Below, piece after piece: positions 9,215 to 19,997 of a stretch of DNA of 36,364 nt. The notes under the pieces are model-generated. The model did no database searches and was not told the origin of the DNA. It saw nothing but the letters and a program-made list of their open reading frames with translations. The DNA is taken from the IMG/VR virus record IMGVR_UViG_2711768060_000011, one strand, 5' to 3'. Each line of letters begins with the position of its first letter. The first letter of the stretch is position 1. The stretch comes from a virus (taxonomy: Duplodnaviria > Heunggongvirae > Uroviricota > Caudoviricetes). The translations under genes and the position numbers were made by a program.

Positions 9215-10710
9215 TATGCGGACTCCTCTGAATACTGAAGACGGAACTGGTTAACCACGGCAAAGACACGCAACTGGTTAACATAGTCAGGCGGGAACAG
9301 CGTGTTCAGGCGGTTCGGATCGCTGGCATCACGCTCCACAACCAGGTACTGCTTAAAAAGTTCGTAGTTTTCCACGATCCCCGCACGCTCAAGCTGACGG
9401 TAGGTTGCCAGCAGTTCCCCTTTGATCACCGCCGGGGTGACAATCGCCTGACCGGGACCAAAGCGGGTACCGTCGCTGGCAAGCTTGTGACGCCCGTACT
9501 TACTGGTAATGACGGATTTCAGTTTGCGCAGTACATACGCACTGGTATGCAGCGTCTCGCTGTCGAGGTAGCTGTTATCCGCAACCCCGTAAGCGTTTTT
9601 CCTGTACGTGGTGACATCACGCTGAATGCGCAGTACCCCGCTTTCGACATACGCCGTTGCCACGCCATGAGACAGCAAGGTCTGTTGTTCGGTCATCGTG
9701 AACCGTTTCCCCTTCGGCGCAGGCTGCATACCCACCAGCTCACCGGTCTGCGTGGGACGTGCCGGATCGTTGCGGATAAACACCGCTGCGCGGGCGGTAC
9801 GGCTTGCCGCCAGCTCGTCGGCAGGCGTCTGGGTGTCTTTTTCGTACCCCGCCAGGGTAATGTGCTGCTGGTTAAACTGGTCACCTGCGGTCACCAGTTC
9901 TGACAGCGTGCCGATCTTTGCCGTATACACATGACCATACAGCTGACGCGCATAGCTCCAGCGACCGCTGGTATCGTTCATCTCGGTCACCAGCGTGTTA
10001 ACGGAGGCCGTGTCGTTGAACGGCAGGCCGATATAATCAAACGGCTCATCCGCCATTGCAGCCACCGCGCCGGTGAGAACCGGAGCACCCGTTCCGGCGG
10101 TACCCGTCGCCACGGCAATCTGTACGCCCGCTGGCAGCACTTCGCCCCCACCAAAGCCGTAGTAATTGAGGCTGACAGGAATTTCATTCCCGCAAAGCCC
10201 CTTATGACGCGCGGTCAGTGTGACCACGCCTGCCGAAGATGAAGCCGTAAACGGCAGGGTCGGAACGGCATTGATGGCATCCTGGATACTGCTGGCAATC
10301 ATCGTGACGTTATCGCCGTTAGTCACCGGTGCCTGCACGCGGGTACGTCCCACATACACATTCACCGTGCCGGTTTCGGTTGCCGCCCCGGTCACCGTCA
10401 GCGTAACCGTTGCCGCCGCGCCTGTGGATTCAGGAACGGCAATCACATACAGCTCGCCAAACGGGTCAGTCTGGCGATAAGCCTCGACCATACGCGCCAG
10501 CTGACTTCCCGCACCACAAATCTGGCGTGCATAGTCTGCCGACGGCATCAGTACCAGACTGTTGGCAACAATCTCTGCACCGTTATTGGCATGACCAATC
10601 AGCAGCGATGCTCCGCTGTCCTGTGCAGTATTCGCCGCCTGGTTATCCATTTCCGCATAAAACAACGGAACCAGCGTATTCGACGGAATGGTGTTAAAGC
10701 TTATCGTCAT
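9214..10710 (-). CDS. contractile tail sheath protein
   Basis: 498-aa ORF, size and position match Mu L sheath; followed by tube gene. Confidence 0.8.
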   Translation of the reverse strand: MTISFNTIPSNTLVPLFYAEMDNQAANTAQDSGASLLIGHANNGAEIVANSLVLMPSADYARQICGAGSQLARMVEAYRQTDPFGELYVIAVPESTGAAATVTLTVTGAATETGTVNVYVGRTRVQAPVTNGDNVTMIASSIQDAINAVPTLPFTASSSAGVVTLTARHKGLCGNEIPVSLNYYGFGGGEVLPAGVQIAVATGTAGTGAPVLTGAVAAMADEPFDYIGLPFNDTASVNTLVTEMNDTSGRWSYARQLYGHVYTAKIGTLSELVTAGDQFNQQHITLAGYEKDTQTPADELAASRTARAAVFIRNDPARPTQTGELVGMQPAPKGKRFTMTEQQTLLSHGVATAYVESGVLRIQRDVTTYRKNAYGVADNSYLDSETLHTSAYVLRKLKSVITSKYGRHKLASDGTRFGPGQAIVTPAVIKGELLATYRQLERAGIVENYELFKQYLVVERDASDPNRLNTLFPPDYVNQLRVFAVVNQFRLQYSEESA

Positions 10711-10864
10711 CGGTATTCACCTTTTTATTCACGCGCCGGATATCACCCGCTGCTTCACGGCGCAGCCAGTAGTTGTTCTCGTCAACATTTCGCCCTTCGG
10801 CGGGCAAAAGGTCGCCGCGGGCAGGATCAGGAACTGACCGCCCTTTAACAGGTTTGACAAACAT
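10694..10864 (-). CDS. small hypothetical protein (56 aa), below the ORF-track size cutoff
   Basis: ATG at 10864 preceded by GAGGA (spacer 5 nt) that overlaps the stop of the upstream gene; TAA stop overlaps the sheath start; fills an otherwise empty 160-bp gap. Confidence 0.4.
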   Translation of the reverse strand: MFVKPVKGRSVPDPARGDLLPAEGRNVDENNYWLRREAAGDIRRVNKKVNTDDDKL

Positions 10865-10872
10865 GAGGATCC

Positions 10873-11433
10873 TCAGGAAGGAAGGGTTATTTCGGTGTGA
10901 TGTTCGATATCGCCGTCAGGCCCGTTACCGGGCTCGAGATAATCAACATCAATCGCCAGCGTTTGCAGTTCATCCAGACTGTTCAGATCATCCTGCTGGC
11001 GGGTATCGTCTTCAGTCAGCTCGCTGATGACCGAAAAATCGAACTGATAAATCAGCTCATGACGATTCAGATCCAGCAGCGTGCCGCCGTCATAGGTAAT
11101 CGGGTTACCGCACGCCTCCGGGTTCCAGCCCAGCAGAGCCTTAAAGAGCATCTGCCGGACATCGTCCACCACATCATACGAGGCAAACTGACCGCGCTCA
11201 TCACGCCCGTTACTCAGTATGACAACCACGGAGAAGCCCTCTTTCAGCTCCTGCCAGTAGTCGGTCTGGCTTTTGTTTTCTCCCGGAGAGTCATCACCCG
11301 GTACCACATACGCCGCCGGGAGTCTCAGCTTTCCGACCTCCGGCAGATTTTTGAACTGGGCCGCGCCTGCCACCCGGTTTTCAAAATACGGACAGCGGGC
11401 ACGCAGTGCAGCAATAACAGGCGTCAGTTTCAT
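10873..11433 (-). CDS. tail-associated protein (putative tail terminator/completion, Mu-type)
   Basis: 186-aa acidic ORF between the head-tail joining genes and the sheath; position-based call. Confidence 0.4.
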   Translation of the reverse strand: MKLTPVIAALRARCPYFENRVAGAAQFKNLPEVGKLRLPAAYVVPGDDSPGENKSQTDYWQELKEGFSVVVILSNGRDERGQFASYDVVDDVRQMLFKALLGWNPEACGNPITYDGGTLLDLNRHELIYQFDFSVISELTEDDTRQQDDLNSLDELQTLAIDVDYLEPGNGPDGDIEHHTEITLPS

Positions 11434-11936
11434 CTGTGTCGTCGCTCCGGCTTCAGTGATTTACGCAATTCCCGCGCCAGAAAATAGCGTGTCCAACTGC
11501 GGTTCTTTTCAAGCGTTTCCACCATGAAGTTATTACGTGGAGCCAGTCGCCAGCCGCTGCCACCGGATGCACCACGATGATGGCTGCGACGACGCTTTGC
11601 CCCTCGCCTCACGCCATAGAACAAAAAAGCCGGATAAAAATCACCGGTGATACGGCGGTTTCCCTCTCCATTACGCTGGTTAGGGGCTATACGTGCCATA
11701 AAACCAGGGCGATGTTTACTGGCTCTGGGTACCATGTAACCAATCGAACGAGCCAGGCGTCCGGTCTGATAACCGGGGTTTTCACCCGGTGCCGACCGCG
11801 CACGGCGCATCACCAGCCGACGGGCATCACGCATATGACGCTGACCAATCGTGACAAACGCCCGCCGGACACGGGCGCGGTTAAAGCGCATCTCCGCGGG
11901 CTGCTGAAAATCAACGTGCAAAAAGGAAGTCGTCAT
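11430..11936 (-). CDS. head-tail joining protein (HK97 gp10-like, putative)
   Basis: 168-aa Arg-rich ORF downstream of the head closure gene with a 4-nt overlap. Confidence 0.4.
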   Translation of the reverse strand: MTTSFLHVDFQQPAEMRFNRARVRRAFVTIGQRHMRDARRLVMRRARSAPGENPGYQTGRLARSIGYMVPRASKHRPGFMARIAPNQRNGEGNRRITGDFYPAFLFYGVRRGAKRRRSHHRGASGGSGWRLAPRNNFMVETLEKNRSWTRYFLARELRKSLKPERRHR

Positions 11937-12321
11937 TGTTGCCTCCGTGACTCTGCCTACATTCGCCCAGCTCCGTACACTCCAGCAGCAGAAAGCGCCG
12001 CGCCCCGTTCAGATCGCGCTGACGTTTCACCCGGTACACACTGTCACCGCAGACCACCTCATAATCAGCGGTGATCCCCCGGCGGTAACGAATGGTGATG
12101 TAATGGGTGATGGCGTCCCCGGTCTGCGCGGTTTCCTGCCAGGTGGTGGCACTGGTCTGGATAACCTTCGCCCATGTCCGGAACGTAACCGGGTATTGAG
12201 GCTCCACGCCAAAGTTATCCGCGGGCATATCCACCCGCAGGCGGATCAGGACGCGTTTATTCAGTTCACCGGGGTCCGGCAGAATGTAGGTTGCGCTGGT
12301 CTGCGCCTGACGAATTTTCAT
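11911..12321 (-). CDS. head closure / head-tail adaptor protein
   Basis: 136-aa ORF following the gp6-like connector gene, canonical HK97-type order. Confidence 0.5.
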   Translation of the reverse strand: MKIRQAQTSATYILPDPGELNKRVLIRLRVDMPADNFGVEPQYPVTFRTWAKVIQTSATTWQETAQTGDAITHYITIRYRRGITADYEVVCGDSVYRVKRQRDLNGARRFLLLECTELGECRQSHGGNNDDFLFAR

Positions 12322-12641
12322 TGCGGAAAGTACCTGTACGGGCTGACAAGCCAGCCAAAACTCTGCGGCATGTCGAGTTTCTCCACTTCCGTAACCGACG
12401 AGCGGTTTTCGTAAAAATGGCTGATAAGCATCAGCATCCCCAGACGAATATCATCCGGCAGGTGCAGCCCGTCCGGATCGCTGTCCGGAATGGTTTCATC
12501 TGGTGCATAGAGCTTCCGGTTCAGATACGTTTCCGTCCGCTTTTGTGCCGCACATGCCAGCAGTTGCAGATGGCGGTCATCAGTATCGAAATCCTCATCC
12601 AGCCGGAGTTGGGCTTTAATCTCTTCCATTGTCAGAAGCAT
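12318..12641 (-). CDS. head-tail connector protein (gp6-like)
   Basis: 107-aa ORF starting MLLTMEEIKAQLRLDEDFD..., typical gp6-like N-terminus; located after the capsid gene. Confidence 0.6.
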   Translation of the reverse strand: MLLTMEEIKAQLRLDEDFDTDDRHLQLLACAAQKRTETYLNRKLYAPDETIPDSDPDGLHLPDDIRLGMLMLISHFYENRSSVTEVEKLDMPQSFGWLVSPYRYFPQ

Positions 12642-12643
12642 AC

Positions 12644-12844
12644 TCAGCCCTCTTTACTGGTCGTGGCTTTTTTCTCTTTTGCCGCTTTACTGCTTTTTGC
12701 ACTGATTCCGCGCTCTGCTAACCCGGCCTGAAGTGCAATCTCCTGCACCCGGGCAGGAAGCGCCCCGTCGTCATACTCACCGGCCTGAATGACCTCAACA
12801 CGCATACCGTCCGGTGACCATTTCAGATCTTGTTTCAGGATCAT
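12644..12844 (-). CDS. small hypothetical head-module protein
   Basis: 66-aa ORF between capsid and connector genes, Lys-rich C-terminus. Confidence 0.4.
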   Translation of the reverse strand: MILKQDLKWSPDGMRVEVIQAGEYDDGALPARVQEIALQAGLAERGISAKSSKAAKEKKATTSKEG

Positions 12845-12863
12845 GATTCTTCACTCGTCAGAA

Positions 12864-12887
12864 CAGGGGCGCGGTTCCGCGCCCCTG
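12864..12887 (-). terminator. strong GC hairpin just downstream of the major capsid gene (partial terminator or mRNA-stabilising element)
   Basis: 10-bp perfect stem CAGGGGCGCG/CGCGCCCCTG with 4-nt loop; weak U-tract. Confidence 0.3.
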
Positions 12888-12892
12888 AGTGA

Positions 12893-14098
12893 TTACGCCG
12901 CTGCAATCTTCAGCAGTTTGATGGCCTGCGAATCGACCAGCATCCCGCCGGTGCGCTTGGTGGTATAAAAACCGACAAACGGTTTATTGGTGTACGGGTC
13001 ACGCAGAATGCGGGTGCCGATACGGTCAACGATGGTGTAACCCCGTTTGAAGTTACCAAATGCAATGGCTTTCGCATCAGCGGCGATATCCGGCATCTGT
13101 TCGTTTTCAGCGATACCGTAACCCGCCAGAGAGGACGGCTGCCCCAGTTCCAGCCCCGGACGCCACAGATAGTTACCCTCGGTGTCTTTCAGCAGACGGA
13201 TGGCAAACAGGCTGTTGTTGTTCATCATGAACTTCGCGCCAGTGCGGTGTGCCTTACGCAGCGTGTAAATCAGTTTGATAATGGCGTCTGCGGTCACCGC
13301 GGTCGCTTCGCCGGATACAATATGCTGAAGTTTGCCGAACGCCCGGACCTTGTCGGTTTCATCAGTGGATTCATACGCCAGGAACCCTTTCGGCTTCTTG
13401 GTGCCATCGCCTGAGGTAAAGGCAATTTCTTCCTGTTCGGCAAATTCGGTTGCCAGCTCGCTGTTGATCCAGGCCTCCACGTTGAAGAAGGCATCGTCCA
13501 GCATTTTCTGGGTAGCCTGCGGGTTGCCGTAGATTTCCCCCATGAGAGGTTCAATCAGCTCCAGTCTGGAGGTGGCAGTCTGGGATCGCGTATCCGTTTC
13601 CCCCACCCATCCGGAAGCCGTACCGCCCAGATTCACCAGTTTTTTGTAGTCGGAACCGCCAACGGTGATCACCGTGGCTTCCTGACGCATCACCACTTCA
13701 TCTTTCAGCAGGTTAAGAATGTTGCGATCCAGTTCTTCCGGCACGGCGTAGCCACCGTCTTCATCGGTACCCACCTGCAATGCCTTACGCTCCAGATCGC
13801 GCAGACCGTCTTCACGGCCTTTACGCAGGAAGCCCACAAACGCCTCTTTATGCTCGGTGGCCAGTTTATTTTGCGCTCCACCTGCCGGACGTTTCAGCTC
13901 AAGCAGCTCTTTTTCAAGGTCGCTTTTGAGATTTTCCAGCTCGCTGAGTTTCCCGTTCAGGGTTTCCACCTGCCCGGCAAGCTTGCCTTTTTCCTGCTCA
14001 ATCGCATCCACGCGCTTGTCGTTCTTTGCTTTGAAGTCGTCAAACTTCTGCTGCAGCTCCTGCGCGACCTGTTCGACATCTTTAATATCAACCGCCAT
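12893..14098 (-). CDS. major capsid protein, HK97 family, with N-terminal coiled-coil scaffolding (delta) domain
   Basis: 401-aa ORF; the first ~100 aa are heptad-like (KLSELENLKSDLEKELLELK), followed by a capsid-fold region; directly downstream of the prohead protease. Confidence 0.9.
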   Translation of the reverse strand: MAVDIKDVEQVAQELQQKFDDFKAKNDKRVDAIEQEKGKLAGQVETLNGKLSELENLKSDLEKELLELKRPAGGAQNKLATEHKEAFVGFLRKGREDGLRDLERKALQVGTDEDGGYAVPEELDRNILNLLKDEVVMRQEATVITVGGSDYKKLVNLGGTASGWVGETDTRSQTATSRLELIEPLMGEIYGNPQATQKMLDDAFFNVEAWINSELATEFAEQEEIAFTSGDGTKKPKGFLAYESTDETDKVRAFGKLQHIVSGEATAVTADAIIKLIYTLRKAHRTGAKFMMNNNSLFAIRLLKDTEGNYLWRPGLELGQPSSLAGYGIAENEQMPDIAADAKAIAFGNFKRGYTIVDRIGTRILRDPYTNKPFVGFYTTKRTGGMLVDSQAIKLLKIAAA

Positions 14099-14112
14099 CG
14101 TATTTCTCCTGA

Positions 14113-14799
14113 TTAGAAGTTCAGATTTTTCAGTGCATTCAGTGCAGAGCCCACATCCTCAGCGTCGCGCAGGGACAGTGCGCCATAGCCCCCGGCCATG
14201 AATGCTTTGGCCTGGGTACGGGAGAGTCCGACATCACGCAGGACTCTTTCGATTTTTTTCTGTTCGGGGATTTCCCCGCGGGCCAGTGCGTTCTTGACGT
14301 CGCTGATCCGCGCCTCGTCGTTAGACGGGAACGTCACCAGGCTGACTTCCCAGAGGTCGATTTCTTTCAGCAGAAAGGCTTCTTTGCTCCGGTCGTATTC
14401 CCAGTCTTTCAGGACGTACCCAATAGAAAGGCCGGTTAACGAACCGGCCTTCATGTGTGCATGTGCGCGTTTTGCGAGGGGATCATCATCAATAAGCAAC
14501 CGTCCCCTGACGTAAAGCCCGACATCGTCTTCCTTCATTTCGGTGTAAACACCGATGGGTTCATCCATGCGGTGCTGCCAGAGCAGCGCAGGTAACGCTT
14601 TTCTGTCACTCCACGCCCGCAGGGAAGCAGCAAATGCCCCGGACATCACCACATCATCGTGGCTGTCCTTTACACCAAAGACGGAGCCATACCCTTCAAA
14701 CTCACCGGAGTCACTGACAGATTTCAGACTCAGCGGTACATCAAGACGTTGTTTCGTCTGCATTGGCGTTATCCTTCTGCTTACCGGCCTTACTGCCAT
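14113..14799 (-). CDS. prohead maturation protease (HK97 / S78 family)
   Basis: 228-aa ORF between portal and capsid genes; the true start may be the internal Met at 14763. Confidence 0.8.
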   Translation of the reverse strand: MAVRPVSRRITPMQTKQRLDVPLSLKSVSDSGEFEGYGSVFGVKDSHDDVVMSGAFAASLRAWSDRKALPALLWQHRMDEPIGVYTEMKEDDVGLYVRGRLLIDDDPLAKRAHAHMKAGSLTGLSIGYVLKDWEYDRSKEAFLLKEIDLWEVSLVTFPSNDEARISDVKNALARGEIPEQKKIERVLRDVGLSRTQAKAFMAGGYGALSLRDAEDVGSALNALKNLNF

Positions 14800-15982
14800 C
14801 GGAGGGTTTCGTGGTCATGTTCATCGGTGTGAGATAGACATCACCACCGGGACGCGGATTCATATCTTCCAGGTCGCGGCAGTCATTGGGAGAGTAAATT
14901 CCCCAGTTGATCCCGGTGGCGTAGGCTTCAAAACGGGACTTCATATCCCCGCGCAGTAACGCCCCGGCGTTAAATTTGGCGTAATAAACGCCCTGCTTAC
15001 TTTTTCGTACCAGTCCGGTGTTGATCCGCTGTTCGATGCGGGTCAGATACGGCACCAGTGAATAGTTGATAAATCCCAGCCCCAGCTCTTCAATATTGTT
15101 GAAGGTGGCGCGATCGGTGTTCTGCACCATGTGCAACGGCACCCGGAACAGACGACAGATTTCTTCAAGCTGAAACTTGCGGGTTTCCAGGAACTGGCTG
15201 TCCTCGGCGTTCAGCGCCATCGACTTCCAGTCCAGCCCCATCTCAAGGATCATCGGGCGGTGAGCATTACCAAGCCCGGTGTGACGCTCCTCAAAATCTT
15301 TCTTCAGGCGCTCATAAGCCTGATCTGACAGCGTCTGCTCTGTACGCAACACACCCGACGTCACCGCGCCATTGCTGAACAGTCTGGCCCCGTGCTCTTC
15401 GGTCGCAGCTGCCAGCGATATTGCCTCGCGGGCATAGGCGATGGGATTCAGCCCCACCAGTCCGTCCAGCGTCAGCGTGCGCACATGCCAGATATCCTCC
15501 TGGCTCAGTACATCCGTGGAGCCATCCGGGAATGTGACCTGATAGATCGGCTCCCAGCTACTGTTAAGCTTCGGTACCACACAGCCGGGATCGACGGGCA
15601 GCAGTTCAGCCACTTCGCCAAATGCTTTCACTTTGTAGGCGTAAAAGTTTCCCCGCAGGCACAGACAGGTGACCACCAGCTCCCAGAACTCCTGCGGCGT
15701 CATATAGCCATTGGGATGCGTGGAGATCAGCTTATGCAGACGTTCGCCAGTGGCTCTCAGCTTCAGGCTGCCGTTCAGGTGATACAGGTTGCAGGGCAAC
15801 ATCCCGACCGACTCCGCCAGCACCCTGACACAGGAAAAAACCGCCGTCAGTCGCATGGCCCGCTGGCTGCTGATCTGCTTTCCGGTATAGGTGTCGTAGG
15901 ACAACCCGATAGCATCCGCCAGCTCTGCTGGCGTGGTCATCGGTGCGTCACTTTTTCGTTGAAATAATCCCGAAAAGAACAC
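14741..15982 (-). CDS. portal protein (HK97 family)
   Basis: 413-aa ORF downstream of the large terminase, upstream of the protease. Confidence 0.85.
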   Translation of the reverse strand: MFFSGLFQRKSDAPMTTPAELADAIGLSYDTYTGKQISSQRAMRLTAVFSCVRVLAESVGMLPCNLYHLNGSLKLRATGERLHKLISTHPNGYMTPQEFWELVVTCLCLRGNFYAYKVKAFGEVAELLPVDPGCVVPKLNSSWEPIYQVTFPDGSTDVLSQEDIWHVRTLTLDGLVGLNPIAYAREAISLAAATEEHGARLFSNGAVTSGVLRTEQTLSDQAYERLKKDFEERHTGLGNAHRPMILEMGLDWKSMALNAEDSQFLETRKFQLEEICRLFRVPLHMVQNTDRATFNNIEELGLGFINYSLVPYLTRIEQRINTGLVRKSKQGVYYAKFNAGALLRGDMKSRFEAYATGINWGIYSPNDCRDLEDMNPRPGGDVYLTPMNMTTKPSDGSKAGKQKDNANADETTS

Positions 15983-16164
15983 TATTTACCTCCGCCGACA
16001 GACGACTGTGTACGGTCAAGATATCGCGCCACCAGCCACGACCAGAACAGGCACAACGCCCCGGCAACAACAAACCCCGCCGGGGGATAAATCAGCCAGG
16101 CACCATACGCCAGCAAAAGCGCCCCCAGCACGCCCACCAGAGGCGCGAGAATCAGCATGTTCAT
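15982..16164 (-). CDS. small membrane protein (hypothetical)
   Basis: 60-aa ORF with two hydrophobic helices between the large terminase and portal genes. Confidence 0.35.
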   Translation of the reverse strand: MNMLILAPLVGVLGALLLAYGAWLIYPPAGFVVAGALCLFWSWLVARYLDRTQSSVGGGK

Positions 16165-16175
16165 AATTACCTCAG

Positions 16176-17909
16176 TTAAAGCGAGCGGATCCCGTAGGAC
16201 TCAATGTGGTCAGACAACGTGTCTTCTTTCTCGTACAGCATGGCTCTGCCAACCGCCATAATCAGCGCAACTGCACCATCGATTTTGTTTTCCGCCTGCT
16301 CTTTGACGGGCTTCACCACATCATCGTTACCCGGAATGGTTTTGCCGACCACGTTGCCGATACACCAGGTCATGATGGGATTGCCATCATGATGAAAGCG
16401 CCCCGATTCAATTGCCGCTTCCAGCTCTTTCATCGGGTCGGACATGTTGGTGTAGTTCTGAATGATAGTGATGGGGTTCAGGTCTTCATCAGCAAGGTCA
16501 TGTGAGAGCCCGGTCGCCCCGAAGGGGTCGATGGGTGACTCGCTGACCGGGCTGATTTTGTTCGCCGCTTTGGCCTCCTCGAGGATGTAGCGATAATCCA
16601 CCTCCGCACCAGCGGTAACGGTCAGAACGCCCATTTCCACCCATTTCTGAAAGCGTTCGGCTGTCCGGCGATCTTCATTTTTCTCGACGCTGTACACCGT
16701 GTCATACGGTACCCAGAAGCGCGGAGCCACACTGTAGTAATGCGTTTTACCATCAATCTCGCGGGTATAAAGTCGCGCCATACTGTTCATATCCAGCTTA
16801 CGCGCCAGGTCAAAGGCCAGAATGCACGGCTGCCCCTCGAACTGCTCAAGGGTCAGTGATTTATCCTCGCAGCTCTGCCAGCTCACCAGGTTGAAATACG
16901 CCGAACGCGCCGACACCCAGATATTGAGGTGTTTTGTTTTAAAGACGTTTGCCAGACGGGCGTTATTTTTCGCACGCTGCTGCTGACTTAACAAAAATTC
17001 GCGATAAACCGACACGCCAATATTCGGGTTGGCTTTTTCCAGCACCTGCGGGTCGGTCCAGTCATCGCCTTCGTCAACGGTATAGATGATCCCGAACAGT
17101 TCATCGTTGGGTACCGACCCGTTGAGCATCTCGATAACTTCCCGTCGCTTGTCGTAGCACGGCCCCTCAATGTTGTACCCTGCAGTAGTAATGGCCCACA
17201 TCAGTGGCTGACGTCGCGCCCCCATCCCGGTAAGCATCGTGGTGTAAAGCGCATCGGTGGCGTGCTCGTGATATTCATCCACCACCGCACAGTGGGGTGA
17301 TGAACCATCACCGGGGTTACCGATCAGCGGTTCAAACCGCGCGCCATCCTCCGGACGGTTCATGTTTGAGGCGTTAACCTCAATCCCGAACGCTTCCGTC
17401 AGCATGGGTGTGCGTTTACACATCAGTCGCGCCGGGCGAAAGACTTCCCACGCCTGTTTCTCTGTCGTGGCACCGGAATACACTTCCGCGCCAAACTCGT
17501 TATCACAGGCAAAACAATACAGGGCGACACCGGCAGAGATTGCCGATTTGCCGTTCTTACGGGGGATTTCGGTATACACCTCCCGGAAGCGGCGCAGCCG
17601 GGTACCTTTATTGACCCAGCCAAACGCACAGCAGATCACAAAGAGCTGCCACGGCTCCAGCGTGATGGGCATCCTCTTGAATGCCCACTCCCCCTTGGTG
17701 TGTGGCAACAGCTGAATAAATTTGGCGGCCCGTTCAGCCAGGTCCTTGTCGAAGCGGTAACGAAACGACTTACTTTTTTCCGCCATCAGGTCATCAAGAT
17801 GGCGCTGGCAGGCCTGAATCACAAACTGGCAGGCCACAATATTTCCGCGCACGACATCACGGGCATACTGATTGGCAGCATTTACGTTGGGGTAAGATTT
17901 CCGGCTCAT
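16176..17909 (-). CDS. terminase large subunit
   Basis: 577-aa ORF with a Walker A-like GKS motif ([13 protein letters not shown]) and acidic nuclease-type C-terminal half; 4-nt overlap with the small subunit gene. Confidence 0.9.
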   Translation of the reverse strand: MSRKSYPNVNAANQYARDVVRGNIVACQFVIQACQRHLDDLMAEKSKSFRYRFDKDLAERAAKFIQLLPHTKGEWAFKRMPITLEPWQLFVICCAFGWVNKGTRLRRFREVYTEIPRKNGKSAISAGVALYCFACDNEFGAEVYSGATTEKQAWEVFRPARLMCKRTPMLTEAFGIEVNASNMNRPEDGARFEPLIGNPGDGSSPHCAVVDEYHEHATDALYTTMLTGMGARRQPLMWAITTAGYNIEGPCYDKRREVIEMLNGSVPNDELFGIIYTVDEGDDWTDPQVLEKANPNIGVSVYREFLLSQQQRAKNNARLANVFKTKHLNIWVSARSAYFNLVSWQSCEDKSLTLEQFEGQPCILAFDLARKLDMNSMARLYTREIDGKTHYYSVAPRFWVPYDTVYSVEKNEDRRTAERFQKWVEMGVLTVTAGAEVDYRYILEEAKAANKISPVSESPIDPFGATGLSHDLADEDLNPITIIQNYTNMSDPMKELEAAIESGRFHHDGNPIMTWCIGNVVGKTIPGNDDVVKPVKEQAENKIDGAVALIMAVGRAMLYEKEDTLSDHIESYGIRSL

Positions 17910-18409
17910 GATTCGATGATTTTCAGAAACGGGTTAGTGGCTTTCTTCTGCCCCGCCAGGCCAATCAGACGCTGGCGGCTGCTGGGGTCGAGTCCGAGCA
18001 TTGCCCCCGTACTGCTCATCTCGGACTCCTGTTCTTTTTTGGCGGTCAGCTCCGGATTTTTGACCATACCGCCCATTGCACCGGTGATGGTGTTGCCCTG
18101 TCTGGCAATATTTTTCACGGCACGTCGCCAGAACTCGTAGGCCACGCACCACCGCTCAAGCACCGCGAGGTCAGTCACGCACAGCAGGCCCTGACCGCAG
18201 AGTTCTTTAGTTGTCAGTTGCCACATGATCGTAGCGAGAGGGAGATCTTCTTCAGCGAACCACTCCGGTGGCTCAACACCTTTGATGGGCGTAAAAACAG
18301 GTTCATCTTTATTCAGGGCTCGCTTGCCGGGGTTTCCGGCCAGCGCCTTGCGCGCCGTTGGCTTGGGGCGACGCCCGGAACGCCCCGCCGTTCCAGCCAT
18401 ATGCGGCAC
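17906..18409 (-). CDS. terminase small subunit (P27 family)
   Basis: 167-aa ORF with basic N-terminus, immediately upstream of and coupled to the large terminase gene. Confidence 0.7.
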   Translation of the reverse strand: MPHMAGTAGRSGRRPKPTARKALAGNPGKRALNKDEPVFTPIKGVEPPEWFAEEDLPLATIMWQLTTKELCGQGLLCVTDLAVLERWCVAYEFWRRAVKNIARQGNTITGAMGGMVKNPELTAKKEQESEMSSTGAMLGLDPSSRQRLIGLAGQKKATNPFLKIIES

Positions 18410-18525
18410 TCCTGGTTAAATTTCATTTTTCGCGGGTATAAAAAAACGATGGGGCGGGCAGTCCGGAAGACGTCAGGTCACAGGGATTTGACCCGCCCCT
18501 CCCCTGTGGCAGTGGGAGCTGGTTC

Positions 18526-18876
18526 TTACTTCAACCGTTCACGGGCCGTCTTCGCCTTATGACACGGCCAGCACAGGCTCTGCAGATTGCTGTCGGCATC
18601 AGTGCCGCCATGCGCTTTAGGGATGATGTGGTCAACGGTTTTCGCCTCACGTACCACACCACCACGCAGACATAACTGACACAGTCCTTTGTCACGCTTG
18701 AGCACACGTTCACGGATAACATCCCATTTCGAACCATAACCGCGCTGGTGTCTGGACTGGCCCGGCTTGTATTGCTTCCAGCCTTCACTTTTGTGGCTTT
18801 CGCAATAGCCTGACGGGTCAGTTGTGGTATGGCGGCAGCCGCGAACACGGCAGGCTTTTGGGGTTCGTGGTGGCAT
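18526..18876 (-). CDS. HNH endonuclease (terminase-associated)
   Basis: 116-aa ORF with Cys-rich zinc-binding pairs (CRVRGC, CESH, CQLC, CWPCH) and VDHIIPKAHGG HNH core. Confidence 0.8.
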   Translation of the reverse strand: MPPRTPKACRVRGCRHTTTDPSGYCESHKSEGWKQYKPGQSRHQRGYGSKWDVIRERVLKRDKGLCQLCLRGGVVREAKTVDHIIPKAHGGTDADSNLQSLCWPCHKAKTARERLK

Positions 18877-18906
18877 TAATCGACTCTCTTTACGCTTATC
18901 AATGCA

Positions 18907-18932
18907 TAAAAAAGCCTCGCATCAGCGAGGCT
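18907..18932 (-). terminator. Rho-independent terminator (minus strand) upstream of the HNH gene
   Basis: 8-bp stem AGCCTCGC/GCGAGGCT with ATCA loop, followed on the minus strand by a U-run. Confidence 0.55.
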
Positions 18933-18986
18933 CAGTCTATCCCATGAAGGGAAATATAGAGGCGATTCCGTCCATTGGACAAGCAA

Positions 18987-19012
18987 TAAAAAACCGCCCG
19001 AAGGCGGTTTTT
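18987..19012. terminator. bidirectional Rho-independent terminator after the 192-aa cargo gene
   Basis: Stem ACCGCC/GGCGGT with CGAA loop, flanked by an A-run upstream and T-run downstream. Confidence 0.65.
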
Positions 19013-19015
19013 ACA

Positions 19016-19594
19016 TCATGCATATGCATAATTTTCTTCTGCAACAAGCTTTGCAACCTGTCTATCAGGAAGAAGTAAAACAGCCTGCTCTAGGCTTTGT
19101 TTTTCAGTGAGTAACTCTAAAAATTGGTTGGCTGTTTGCAGAACTTTTGCCACAGACCAAATTGTTAACATAATTGGAAGAGAATATATAATCAACATTA
19201 AACTATTGAAAAGCAAAACCTTATCCAAGATTTTAGCTGATTCTCGTATCGTTGCTATTAACTTCCCGTTATCACATTTCTGAAAAAGTTCAACCTCACG
19301 TTTGATCCTTGCCTGTATCTCTGGATTAGCACTGAGCCGCCTTTGAGCCCTCACTCTGTTGGGCAAAGTCATAAGGTGCAAACGATTGATTGCGTTGTTT
19401 AAGGCCTCATGTACAAGCTCAGCCGCTTGTACATCATCTTTACTTTTATTCGAAATTATTTGATTTCTAACTATATCTCTCAGTTCAAAAAGCTTATTGC
19501 GGTAATGCAAACGAACAGATGGAAGTAGTATCCTTTCGTAAATAAAATGCACTGCTGCCATACATAACAGCACATAAAAAAGCACTGTCAGCAT
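19016..19594 (-). CDS. membrane protein of unknown function (cargo gene)
   Basis: 192-aa ORF with AGGAG Shine-Dalgarno; hydrophobic N-terminal helix and a second hydrophobic segment near residue 130; low GC; followed directly by a bidirectional terminator. Confidence 0.5.
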   Translation of the reverse strand: MLTVLFYVLLCMAAVHFIYERILLPSVRLHYRNKLFELRDIVRNQIISNKSKDDVQAAELVHEALNNAINRLHLMTLPNRVRAQRRLSANPEIQARIKREVELFQKCDNGKLIATIRESAKILDKVLLFNSLMLIIYSLPIMLTIWSVAKVLQTANQFLELLTEKQSLEQAVLLLPDRQVAKLVAEENYAYA

Positions 19595-19799
19595 AGTTTC
19601 TCCTTAGGGATTAATTGTCGCTTGATCCCAGTGGCACTTGTGTTCTCGCCTGTTGATGCAGAGTTTTTTCTGCTCCAATACGACGAGCTTCCACGCTAAA
19701 ACATCTGCGCATCATACTTGCATGCCAAGACCACGCTAGGATAACAATGACACAAAGTCCATACCCAATTAGAGAGTGATCTGCTAAGCCGTCAATAAT

Positions 19800-19997
19800 T
19801 CAATGCGCTAGTATTCCTAATTCCTCTGATGGCATGCGCCAAGCTGCAATCATCAGTACAATACTTATAGTTATAGGCACTAGTTGACCGGTTGTCATGG
19901 CTTTGAGCATCACATCTCGCCATGCCTGAGCAAAACTTACTGAATGTTGCCCTTTACCTGATTTTCCACCTTTGCCCTTTGACTTACCCATTATCAT
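19800..19997 (-). CDS. small membrane protein (hypothetical)
   Basis: 65-aa ORF with Lys/Gly-rich N-terminus and one hydrophobic helix; low-GC island; coding status uncertain. Confidence 0.3.
   Translation of the reverse strand: MIMGKSKGKGGKSGKGQHSVSFAQAWRDVMLKAMTTGQLVPITISIVLMIAAWRMPSEELGILAH

Noticed and set aside
10591-10848. Plus-strand 85-aa ORF in the gap upstream of the sheath gene
   Set aside because: Opposite to operon polarity and Arg-rich low-complexity; the minus-strand 56-aa ORF with a Shine-Dalgarno and coupled stop/start explains the gap better.
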